NCBI GenBank assembly: GCA_963718915.1
Contig: CAVRAI010000007.1
Coordinates: 1 to 32,000 of the forward strand
DNA length: 32,000 bases
Origin: an uncultured Chloroflexia bacterium
Lineage (GTDB): Bacteria > Chloroflexota > Ktedonobacteria > Ktedonobacterales > JADMIN01
Direction of reading: 5' to 3'
Shown one piece after another: positions 24,254 to 32,000 of this stretch (its first letter is position 1; each line of letters begins with the position of its first letter). The position numbers and the translations under genes were made by a program. The notes below the pieces were generated by a model. It had not been told where the DNA came from. It saw only the letters and a list, made by a program, of their open reading frames with translations, and ran no database searches.

Positions 24254-25381
24254 ATGATACGACGGCACGTCGCCATCTCCACAATCGCGACGCTCACTGG
24301 GATTGTGGCCTTCGCGCTCGCGGTGGCCGCGCCATTGGCGCAAGCTGACGCCGGTTCCTTCATCGGAAGGTTCCACACTATTAGCACTATCGTTTCGACC
24401 GTGCCTGCCAACGGGGATATCAATCCGTATGGCACGGTGGTCGTTCCGCGCACGGTCGGCAAGCTGGTGCAAGGCAACGTTCTCGTGAGCAACTTCAACA
24501 ACAGTGCGAACTTGCAGGGTACCGGCACAACTATTGTGGAAATCACACCAGGCGGAAAAATCACCCAGTTCGCCCAGATCGATGCCAGCAAGCTGCCCGG
24601 GCCATGCCCAGGTGGAGTCGGGCTGACGACGGCGTTGGTTGCGCTCAAGAGCGGCTTTGTGATCGTCGGAAGCCTGCCAACAACGGACGGAACCTCGGCG
24701 ACGGCCCAGGCCGGATGCTTAATTGTGTTGAACAGCAGAGGCCATGTGGTCGAGACGTTCGCGGATAAGCAGATCAATGGCCCTTGGGACATGACCGCCC
24801 TTGATTTTGGCGGGTTCGCGGCGCTTTTCGTGACCAACGTGCTGAATGGTACGGTAGCTGCGGGCGGTAACGTCGTGAACGGCGGGACGGTTCTGCGCAT
24901 TGGGCTGAAGATCGGCGACGAGGATTGGAGCATACCCCGGATCATCTCCGAGACGGTCATCGGTTCTGGCTTCCCTGAGCGAACCGATCCAGCGGCGCTC
25001 GTGATTGGCCCGACAGGCGTTGGCCTGGCGAGTGACGGCACGCTGTATGTGGCTGACAGTCTGAGAAACCGCATCGCGGCGATTCCCAACGCAGTCTTCC
25101 GCGGCAGCGCTAGCCGAGGGATCACCGTTACGGCAAATGGCGCGCTGAACGACCCGCTCGGACTGACGTTGGCGCCCAATGGCCATATCCTCACCGCGAA
25201 CGGGAACGATGGTTTCATGGTTGAGACAACACCCTACGGCGCGCAGGTGGCCGCGAAGCTGGTGGATAATACCGGCAGCCCGCCTGGAGCCGGGACGCTC
25301 TTCGGTCTGGCGGTAGTCCCAGGAGGCAGCGGCGTCTACTTTGTTGATGACGGCAGCAACACGCTAAACTTGCTCCATTAG
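24254..25381 (+). CDS. Secreted NHL-repeat/beta-propeller protein
   Basis: ATG 24254 follows AGGAGGG. The signal peptide is IATLTGIVAFALAVAAPLAQA. NHL-like blades include GTLYVADSLRNRIAAIP and LNDPLGLTLAPNGHILTANGNDG. Confidence 0.8.
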   Translation: MIRRHVAISTIATLTGIVAFALAVAAPLAQADAGSFIGRFHTISTIVSTVPANGDINPYGTVVVPRTVGKLVQGNVLVSNFNNSANLQGTGTTIVEITPGGKITQFAQIDASKLPGPCPGGVGLTTALVALKSGFVIVGSLPTTDGTSATAQAGCLIVLNSRGHVVETFADKQINGPWDMTALDFGGFAALFVTNVLNGTVAAGGNVVNGGTVLRIGLKIGDEDWSIPRIISETVIGSGFPERTDPAALVIGPTGVGLASDGTLYVADSLRNRIAAIPNAVFRGSASRGITVTANGALNDPLGLTLAPNGHILTANGNDGFMVETTPYGAQVAAKLVDNTGSPPGAGTLFGLAVVPGGSGVYFVDDGSNTLNLLH

Positions 25382-25397
25382 GCCGAGATCACCACTG

Positions 25398-25422
25398 ATA
25401 TGCGCAAGGATGCGCATATTTC
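25398..25422 (+). terminator. Hairpin terminator candidate
   Basis: There is a perfect 9-bp stem ATATGCGCA / TGCGCATAT with the loop AGGA, followed by TTTC. It lies 17 nt after the stop codon. Confidence 0.5.
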
Positions 25423-25489
25423 AGGGTGGAGCAGGCGCCCTCATCCAGGTATCCGGCCACTGGCGCTCTCGGCCGGTGATACTGACCTC

Positions 25490-25537
25490 ACCTCACCCCT
25501 CGCCCCCACGTCCGTCTTCCACAGGAGAGGGTTCAGA
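25490..25537 (+). repeat. REP-like palindromic intergenic element, copy C (more degenerate)
   Basis: ACCTCACCCCTCGCCCCCACGTCCGTCTTCCACAGGAGAGGGTTCAGA shares the ACCTCACCCC...GCCCCC...GGAGAGGG...CAGA frame with copies A and B, with indels. Confidence 0.55.
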
Positions 25538-25614
25538 CACGTCGCGCATGATCTGGTTTCCGCGATGATGTATGCTCTTTCCAGGGTCTCTCTGAGCGGG
25601 TGCCGCTGGCAAGG

Positions 25615-27195
25615 ATGGAGCGCATGTCTTTCGACGCGAAACGCACGTCGTCAATCGAGATGTGGACACTGGTCGGGACGATTCTGGCGTCCAGCATGGC
25701 ATTTATCGATAGCTCGGCGCTGAATGTCGTCCTCAGCACCCTCCAGCGCGACCTTGGCGCATCTGGCGCGCAGCTGCTCTGGATTGTGAACGCCTACCTG
25801 CTGATGATGGCGGCGCTCATCCTCACTGGCGGCTCGCTAGGCGACCGCTATGGCCGGAAGCGCATCTTCAGTATGGGCATCGCGATCTTCGCCACGGCGT
25901 CGCTGGCCTGCGGTATCGCGCCGACCATCGGACTGCTGCTGGCCGGGCGGGTCATTCAGGGGATTGGCGGCGCGCTGATGGTGCCAGGGAGTCTGGCGAT
26001 CATCTCCGCGACCTTCAAGCGGCGACGACGTGGCTGGGCAATTGGTGTCTGGTCCGCAGCCAGCACGCTCACGACGATGGCGGGGCCAGCCGTAGGCGGC
26101 ATCTTCGCCAGCCTGGGGGTCTGGCGGCTCGTCTTCTTCATCAATGTGCCGCTGGCGGTCGTCGCGCTCTTCGCCCTCACCCATGTGCCCGAGACGCGCG
26201 ATGAGACTGTGACGGGCCACTTCGATGTGGCGGGAACGCTGCTGGTGGCGCTGGGGCTGTTCGGTGTCACCTTCGGCGCGATTGGCCTGGGCAACCACAG
26301 CGGCGCGGGCGTCAATCCGCTGGATGTGCTCTCGCTGATTGGGGGCGTCGCCGCGCTGGCGCTCTTTGTCGTCGTCGAGATGCGCAGCGCCCACCCGATG
26401 ATGCCGCTCTCCATCTTCCGCTCGCGCACGTTTGTGGGCACGAATGTGATGTGCGTGTTTCTCTATGGCGCGCTCTCTGGGGCATTCTTCTTCTTTCCGC
26501 TGAACCTCATCCAGATTCAGGGCTATAATCCGGCGCTGGCGGGCCTCGCCAATCTGCCGTTCTCGATCGTGCTTGCCATCCTCTCGCCGAGCATGGGGCG
26601 CATGGCCGACCGTGTTGGTCCGCGCCTGCTGCTGACGGTGGGGCCGAGCGTTGTCGCGGTGGGCTTCGTCTTGCTGGCGCTGCCGGGCATCACTATTGGG
26701 CCGGTCGCGTACTGGTGGACCTACTTTCCAGGCATCCTGGCGATAGGCGTGGGCATGGGCATCACCGTCGCGCCACTGACCACGGCGGTGATGTCGTCGG
26801 CCCCGACGGAACACTCCGGCCTCGCGTCTGGCGTCAACAACGCCGTCACGCGCTCGGCGCAGGTGCTGGCGCTTGCCATTCTCGGCGCGGTGGCGATCTT
26901 CACGTTCTCGAGCGCGCTCCAGACGCGAGCCGCCACGCTGCCACTCTCCGCACAGCAGCGCGCGACGCTGGTGGCCGACGCGGACAAGCTCGGCGAGACG
27001 CCCCCGCCGCCGGGAGTCGATCAGCAGACGGCCTCGCAGGTGACGGCGGCGGTGCAGGACTCGTTCATTAGCGTGTTCCGCCTGATCTCCCTCATCGGGG
27101 CAGGAATGGCGCTACTGAGCGCCGCGCTCGCCTGGCTGCTGGTCGAGCCGAAGCCCACCGCGATTGCCGCCTCTGTTGCGCCGAACGCTCCATGA
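25615..27195 (+). CDS. MFS transporter, DHA2 (EmrB/QacA-like, 14-TMS) drug:H+ antiporter family
   Basis: Motifs are MAFIDSSALNVVL, GGSLGDRYGRKRIF, RVIQGIGGALMVPGSLAII and ~14 hydrophobic segments. The start is ambiguous among GTG 25600, ATG 25615 and ATG 25624. Confidence 0.85.
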   Translation: MERMSFDAKRTSSIEMWTLVGTILASSMAFIDSSALNVVLSTLQRDLGASGAQLLWIVNAYLLMMAALILTGGSLGDRYGRKRIFSMGIAIFATASLACGIAPTIGLLLAGRVIQGIGGALMVPGSLAIISATFKRRRRGWAIGVWSAASTLTTMAGPAVGGIFASLGVWRLVFFINVPLAVVALFALTHVPETRDETVTGHFDVAGTLLVALGLFGVTFGAIGLGNHSGAGVNPLDVLSLIGGVAALALFVVVEMRSAHPMMPLSIFRSRTFVGTNVMCVFLYGALSGAFFFFPLNLIQIQGYNPALAGLANLPFSIVLAILSPSMGRMADRVGPRLLLTVGPSVVAVGFVLLALPGITIGPVAYWWTYFPGILAIGVGMGITVAPLTTAVMSSAPTEHSGLASGVNNAVTRSAQVLALAILGAVAIFTFSSALQTRAATLPLSAQQRATLVADADKLGETPPPPGVDQQTASQVTAAVQDSFISVFRLISLIGAGMALLSAALAWLLVEPKPTAIAASVAPNAP

Positions 27196-27240
27196 CGGGC
27201 TAAGGTACAATGCCATGGTGAGAAAGGCAGGCTCCTGGCG

Positions 27241-27714
27241 ATGCGATGGGCGAAAATACGAGGCGACCGGCGACGGGCGATCGTGGTGGTCTGTCTCCTG
27301 CTGGTGGCAGGGTTTGTCCTCTTCGAGATTGGCGTGCGACTGCTCCCGGCGGACTCGGTGCGCTATGAGATTCACGCTTTCGGGTACAAGTTTCAGGGTT
27401 CCAGACCCGTGCCCTACGATGTCACAAAAACCGGAACCATCACCGACCGGACCACCATCGCCCGTTGGCGCGCAGCCGTGATAGCAGAACCATCGGGACA
27501 ATCCCTGGTTGGCACGCTGATTGCTCAGCAGCGCGGGGAGATCACCTGCGCTGGTGGTCTGGCTGGAGTCACCGCTTCCTATGTCTTCTTCTGGCGCGGC
27601 CTGCCAATCGAGTCCGTCTCGCAACTCCCCACCTGCGATTCACGATACATGATCTCAAGCGGCGGCATCCCCGCCCCAGGAACGTATCTGATTGACCCTC
27701 TCGTCCAGCCCTAG
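27241..27714 (+). CDS. Hypothetical membrane-anchored protein
   Basis: The N-terminal anchor is RRRAIVVVCLLLVAGFVLFEIGV. No recognisable domain was seen, and the SD is weak. Confidence 0.5.
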   Translation: MRWAKIRGDRRRAIVVVCLLLVAGFVLFEIGVRLLPADSVRYEIHAFGYKFQGSRPVPYDVTKTGTITDRTTIARWRAAVIAEPSGQSLVGTLIAQQRGEITCAGGLAGVTASYVFFWRGLPIESVSQLPTCDSRYMISSGGIPAPGTYLIDPLVQP

Positions 27715-27831
27715 CACGAATCGCCTGCTGGCGCTCGCCTGGCTGCTCGTGGGGTCGTCGCGCCAGATACGGCGGGAGGCGACCTCCGAGCAAGGGTCAG
27801 CCAGAACTTCGTCCGCGGATACGTGGGCTGG

Positions 27832-28308
27832 TTAGCGCTGCATAACCGGACGAGGCGCCTCCGGCCGGGTGAGCAGCGTCCGCGTCCAGACGGCGGCGCG
27901 GCCCAGTTCTCCAGAGAGCATCGGTCCATCCTTATGCTCCACGAAGAAGCTCTCTGGCGGTACCACCAGCGTGATACCCATGCGCCCGAGAGTATCCGCC
28001 ATCCTGCGCGCAGCCGAACCAGTGAGCCAGCGAGGCTTCTGGAAGCGCGTGTCGAAGCAGGCGACAGCCCGCCCATGAAGCTGCGAGGGGATGAGGCTCG
28101 CCAGCAGCGTTTGCATCGCCACGGTGGGACGCCATCCCTGTGTGGGGCATCCCAGAATCAGGAGATCCACGCCCTCCAGATCGAGCGGGCGCGCTGGATC
28201 GACGCGAGCCAGTCGCACCTCTCCTGACGTGCGCAGGGTATCGGCGATTGCTGCGGCGATGCGTTCGGTATTGCCAAATTGCGAGTCGTAGACAACCAGG
28301 GCATACAT
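27832..28308 (-). CDS. Flavodoxin-family protein
   Basis: The SD is AAAGGAGGA. The FMN-phosphate loop is MYALVVYDSQFGNTERIA, followed by DLLILGCPTQGW. Confidence 0.8.
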   Translation of the reverse strand: MYALVVYDSQFGNTERIAAAIADTLRTSGEVRLARVDPARPLDLEGVDLLILGCPTQGWRPTVAMQTLLASLIPSQLHGRAVACFDTRFQKPRWLTGSAARRMADTLGRMGITLVVPPESFFVEHKDGPMLSGELGRAAVWTRTLLTRPEAPRPVMQR

Positions 28309-28448
28309 ATGCGTCCTCCTTTGTCTGGCTTATGGCGTGGCCGGATACCATGGTTCAACACCATCCACCAGGCAACGTAGCATGGACGCATCACCAGCGC
28401 GTCACACGGGCGGCGCGCTGGGTCACAACTGGCTCATAGCGCGGATTA

Positions 28449-28742
28449 TCAGACGCTTTGTGATGAGCGATAGTGGCGGACGCGCGGGCGATTGCTGTAG
28501 AAGCCGGAGCCATGCAAGCCCAGGTCGAAGAGCAGCCCCAGCAGCACCCAGAGCCATGCGGCCCCGTTGACGCCGTTGCCAAAGGCGTAGACGATCACAT
28601 AGGAGAGTGTGGTGATCGGCAAGAAGAGCAGGCCGAGCAGCGGCAAGATCCAGCCATCGTTGAACGCAACCTTGACAAGCGGCGTCTGTACCCAGACGAC
28701 GAGCAATCCTATACGTGCGAACAGCGCAAGCAGGCAACCCAT
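28449..28742 (-). CDS. Small hypothetical integral membrane protein (3 TM)
   Basis: The SD AGGAGG lies 7 nt upstream of ATG 28742. The hydrophobic segments are strong. Confidence 0.6.
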   Translation of the reverse strand: MGCLLALFARIGLLVVWVQTPLVKVAFNDGWILPLLGLLFLPITTLSYVIVYAFGNGVNGAAWLWVLLGLLFDLGLHGSGFYSNRPRVRHYRSSQSV

Positions 28743-28850
28743 GAAAATACCTCCTGAACAGCATCAAGGTGGCTATATCGTATGACACCATCAGCCCACC
28801 ACGCGGCGGATAAGAGACGGATACGCCACCCTGCTATCAAACCACACTTT

Positions 28851-29594
28851 TCATCGCATCGCGCCGCCCAGCTGGAAGAACCGCCTGGCAATCAAGATGT
28901 ACCAGATCATTGTGGGCACGAGCGCAACAAGCGAGAATACGATGCCGACCATGCCCGCGGACGCTGGCACGAGCGTCAGCACGCCCATCGCGAGGCCCGC
29001 GTAGCCCGTCGCTTTGCTGAATACGTTGCTACGGAGCATGACGACAGACACGATGATCGCGAACACCGCGCCCATGAAATACGCCACGTTGAACGAGGCG
29101 CCAGTCCAGTTCGCGATGATCGCCTGTCCCGCCCCCAGCAGTGAGGTTCGCTCGGCGTTGGTCGTCGCATCGGCATACCGATGGCTCAGCGAGAGCATCG
29201 AAAAGGCGGGGTTCGCCGCGATATATGCCACCATGCCGACGAAGGCGAAAGCGGTCGCCAGCGCCATGAATGGCTGGTTGACCCGCCTGAGCGCTCCATA
29301 CAAGGCGAGATAAATCACCCCCAGCAGCACGTAACTCGCCAGCATCATCAAGTCGGCGGCAAGCAGACCCCGAAGCCAGCTTTGATTGAACAGATTGAAC
29401 CAGCCAACCATAGTGGTCGGGATTGGATTGACCACTAACACGATACCCGCGATGACGATAAACACGACCGACATGAGCGCGACAACCGCGGCTATGCGAT
29501 AGAGTGGTTTCCAGGCCGCGTCTGCCTGTCCTGTACCTGGGACATTTACGCGCTGATTGATTGCGGCAACGGATTCTGTAACGTACGCGCTCAT
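28851..29594 (-). CDS. DUF4386-like integral membrane protein
   Basis: The SD is AAAGGAG. There are about 6 TM helices, with LRGLLAADLMMLASYVLLGVIYLALY and MLRSNVFSKATGYAGLAMGVL resembling the DUF4386 layout. This is pattern recognition only. Confidence 0.6.
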   Translation of the reverse strand: MSAYVTESVAAINQRVNVPGTGQADAAWKPLYRIAAVVALMSVVFIVIAGIVLVVNPIPTTMVGWFNLFNQSWLRGLLAADLMMLASYVLLGVIYLALYGALRRVNQPFMALATAFAFVGMVAYIAANPAFSMLSLSHRYADATTNAERTSLLGAGQAIIANWTGASFNVAYFMGAVFAIIVSVVMLRSNVFSKATGYAGLAMGVLTLVPASAGMVGIVFSLVALVPTMIWYILIARRFFQLGGAMR

Positions 29595-29700
29595 AGCACA
29601 GCTCCTTTCTGACGGGGACGTTTCCCTGTCAGTGGTTGCAGGCGCGCCTCACCGATTGGTCACATGTCAGGGAGGCGCGAGCACAAGCGCATCACAGAAG

Positions 29701-31293
29701 TCAGAAGCTCCCGGCTGAGCCACCACCACCGCCCGCCGCGCCGCCGCCAGAGTACCCGCCGCTGGCGCTGCCACCACTGGAGACGGGGGCCATGCTCGAA
29801 TGGAAGACGATCCAGTAAGGATAGAAGCCCGATGTTGTCGTCGCCACCCGCTGGCCATCGTTCTCGGCGTGGAACCATGCGGGAGAGTAGCCGCGCTCGC
29901 TCGCCGCCCTCAACCGCGATGAGAGTTTGCCCAGCAGTCCCATCGCGACAATATAGGGCAGGTCGGTATCGAGATTCGGCTCGTAGGCGCGATCTGAGAC
30001 GCTGGCGCGATAGCCTCGCCACGGCGCGGCGGCAATCTCGCCCTCGACGGTCGTGTTGGGGACAGAGTACGCTCCGATAAACGCGGCCACGCTAGCGAGC
30101 AGACAGATGACCATGCCAATCGCGGCCCAGCCCTCCTTCGATATCACCATCAGCAGGATAGCCACCGCCGCCAGCGCCAGCCCGACGACACCCACGATGT
30201 AGAGCGGACGACGCCGCGCGGACGCAGCCTCGGGGTCGTACCACCCGCGCTCGGTCAGTTCGCGGCGCAGTTCCGTCCTGGGTTCGCTCCACCTGAGCCG
30301 CGCTCTGGCGAGGTCATCGCCACTGAGCGTATGGTCGCCCTCGTCTGCCTGCGCCACGAGGCCATCCCAGACGCTCTGCTCGTAGCCCGTCAGGTCTTTG
30401 CCGTCGCTCAGGAGGCTCATCTGTACCTTCTTCGCGCTCACCGGCTCGATGGTGAGCAGCCCACGCCGGGCAAAGTCCAGCACCGTCGCCTCGATCTGGG
30501 CGTCGCTCACCCGCCCCTTGATGAGCGCCCCGGCAAGCGCGGGCGAGAGATCGCCGGGAGTCGCCAGCGCCAGCGGATCGAGGTGCACACCATCGCCCGC
30601 GGTGCTCAGTGGCTGTTGGCGGCGCATGCGCATGTAGAGCAGCCCCACCACGCCCGCGAAGAGCAGCGCCAGGATGTTATATGGCAGGCGTCCGAGGAAT
30701 GCGGAGACCACCTGTGATTGTGGTGGGGGTGGTGGCCCATAGACCAGATCGTGCGCCACCTGTTGCAGCCCGGCGGCGATTCCCGCGGCGGTCTGCCCGC
30801 TCGTCAGCAGCGGCGTCATCACATCGGTACGAATCCGATCCAGTTCGGCCTGTGGTAGATTCCCTTTCTGATAGTGTTTCTCGCCCGCGTAGAGCGCCAC
30901 CGTGCCGTGGTGAAGGTCGCCTGGCTTGAGATTGAAGAACATCACAAAGCCATCGCGCGCGCCGGGGTGCGACTCCACATTCCAGCGCCCCATCAGGTCG
31001 ATGGCGTCCTGTAATGTCTCGTTCGCCGTGGTGTCGCGCGCCTGCAAGTACACGATGGTGGGCGCTCCAGCGCGCTCGACCGCCGCGGCATCCTTTTCCA
31101 GCGTCGCGATCTCCGTTGTTGTGAGGAGACCCGTGCAGTCGTAGATATGCTGTCCGGCAACCGGACCGGTACAGCTATTGCGCGCCGCTGCCGAGACGCC
31201 GCTGGCTCCGGCCTGAATCATACCGACAGCCAGCAGCAGGACAACTGGCGCAAGCGCCACAGCCCACCATCTCCGCCAGTGATGTGCGTGCAT
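29701..31293 (-). CDS. Fusion of a TPM (TLP18.3/Psb32/MOLO-1-type) domain with a DUF2207-like C-terminal membrane region and a Gly-rich tail
   Basis: ATG 31293 follows GGAGGAAA. A signal/TM helix is followed by the TPM pattern YDCTGLLTTTEIATLEKDAAAVERAGAPTIVYLQ...RDGFVMFFNL...ALYAGEK. TM helices come next, then LSPALAGALIKGRVSD...VLDFARRGLL, and the tail SGGSASGGYSGGGAAGGGGGSAGSF. Confidence 0.7.
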   Translation of the reverse strand: MHAHHWRRWWAVALAPVVLLLAVGMIQAGASGVSAAARNSCTGPVAGQHIYDCTGLLTTTEIATLEKDAAAVERAGAPTIVYLQARDTTANETLQDAIDLMGRWNVESHPGARDGFVMFFNLKPGDLHHGTVALYAGEKHYQKGNLPQAELDRIRTDVMTPLLTSGQTAAGIAAGLQQVAHDLVYGPPPPPQSQVVSAFLGRLPYNILALLFAGVVGLLYMRMRRQQPLSTAGDGVHLDPLALATPGDLSPALAGALIKGRVSDAQIEATVLDFARRGLLTIEPVSAKKVQMSLLSDGKDLTGYEQSVWDGLVAQADEGDHTLSGDDLARARLRWSEPRTELRRELTERGWYDPEAASARRRPLYIVGVVGLALAAVAILLMVISKEGWAAIGMVICLLASVAAFIGAYSVPNTTVEGEIAAAPWRGYRASVSDRAYEPNLDTDLPYIVAMGLLGKLSSRLRAASERGYSPAWFHAENDGQRVATTTSGFYPYWIVFHSSMAPVSSGGSASGGYSGGGAAGGGGGSAGSF

Positions 31294-31533
31294 CAGCCGT
31301 TTCCTCCAGGATAGGAAGCGGGCAGGTTTGCTTGCCGCTCCCACGTCATCCTTACATCTACTCACCGACCCTCAAACGCATTGCGCGCCTGCCTGTAACG
31401 TATACGCAGTAGCGCGCTACTGGATGCATCGCGCCATGACGTAGCGCACATGCGCGCGCTGCTCAAGCGCCCTATGCGGCGTGAGGAATAAGGGGCGATC
31501 TGTGGGTGCTTGAGAAGGTACAGGATTGAATAA

Positions 31534-31809
31534 CTATCCACCGACCTTCTTGAATATGGCCAGGTAGTCGCCGGTCAGATTACGGTTGGCTAACCCAGGA
31601 AGCGCACCCTCTTCCTCAGGCGCCGGTTGTACTACTGCCTGAATGGTCACCAACTCCCACCCATCGGCCCAATCGCCTTTCCCGCTCCCGCGCCTCCCGC
31701 GCCGCTCACCAGACTGTTCGCTACGCCAGTATAGCGTACCCAGGCGCGCAAAGGCTACCTCTGGGGCGCGGGCGACGCCCAGCGCATACGCCGTTTGATT
31801 TAGACACAC
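31534..31809 (-). CDS. Hypothetical protein (weakly supported ORF)
   Basis: This is a 91-aa ORF with a GTG start, no SD and no recognisable motif. It is the only ORF listed in this part of the window. Confidence 0.25.
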   Translation of the reverse strand: MCLNQTAYALGVARAPEVAFARLGTLYWRSEQSGERRGRRGSGKGDWADGWELVTIQAVVQPAPEEEGALPGLANRNLTGDYLAIFKKVGG

Positions 31810-32000
31810 TGGCCAATAGGGCGGTCGAGATGTATGGTACTTCGGCCATTCCTAGCTCGCTGGTTTCCCCACTATACTTCCTCCAATCCGTCAAAAGGTC
31901 AGCTCACTGGAGAGACGCAGGCGGATTGTACGTTGGCGCGGCCACAGTAAGGCAGAAACAGCATGGCTGACATGCCAGGCAACAACCAGGCGGCAGTGCA

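Noticed and set aside
24241-26814. 325-aa antisense ORFs opposite the propeller gene (24241..25218) and the MFS gene (25837..26814)
   Set aside because: The sense strands carry a signal peptide with NHL blades and a 14-TMS MFS pattern. The antisense products are low-complexity.
31963-32000. Possible start of a plus-strand gene at the window edge (ATGGCTGACATGCCAGGC...)
   Set aside because: Only 12 codons are visible and the SD is weak. There is not enough sequence to support a feature.

Overview
High-GC (~63%) bacterial chromosomal window. It is densely coding, and most genes carry strong GGAGG-type ribosome-binding sites. The gene content and repeat style suggest a Chloroflexota/Ktedonobacteria-like organism, but that is inference only.

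Gene order:
- A membrane protein built from two tandem [TIR-like + 2TM + PH-like] modules.
- An NfeD-SPFH/stomatin operon.
- An OPRTase-like phosphoribosyltransferase.
- A TnpB-only IS200/IS605-type element whose tnpB is broken by a 46-nt tandem-repeat expansion.
- A frameshifted NUDIX hydrolase, an MBL-fold hydrolase, an acidic disordered protein and a degenerate Nudix-like protein.
- An NHLRC2-like thioredoxin+NHL protein.
- A small Gly-rich anchored protein, ApbE and a bis-heme ferric-reductase-like membrane protein.
- A Hanks Ser/Thr kinase with a small upstream membrane protein.
- A stand-alone nuoJKLMN block.
- A secreted NHL-type beta-propeller and a DHA2 MFS transporter.
- A minus-strand cluster of flavodoxin, a small TM protein, a DUF4386-like protein and a TPM-DUF2207 fusion.

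No rRNA, tRNA or CRISPR array was seen.

Most interesting:
- The duplicated TIR membrane protein is a candidate self-contained defence or NAD-directed effector. No known partner gene is nearby.
- The ApbE/ferric-reductase-like module has no recognisable FMN-binding substrate domain.
- Five frame changes cluster at the nuoM/nuoN junction.
- NuoL carries a His-rich insertion.
- A REP-like palindromic element family and several short tandem-repeat arrays occur in the window.

All homology calls come from motif recognition by eye. No database search was run.
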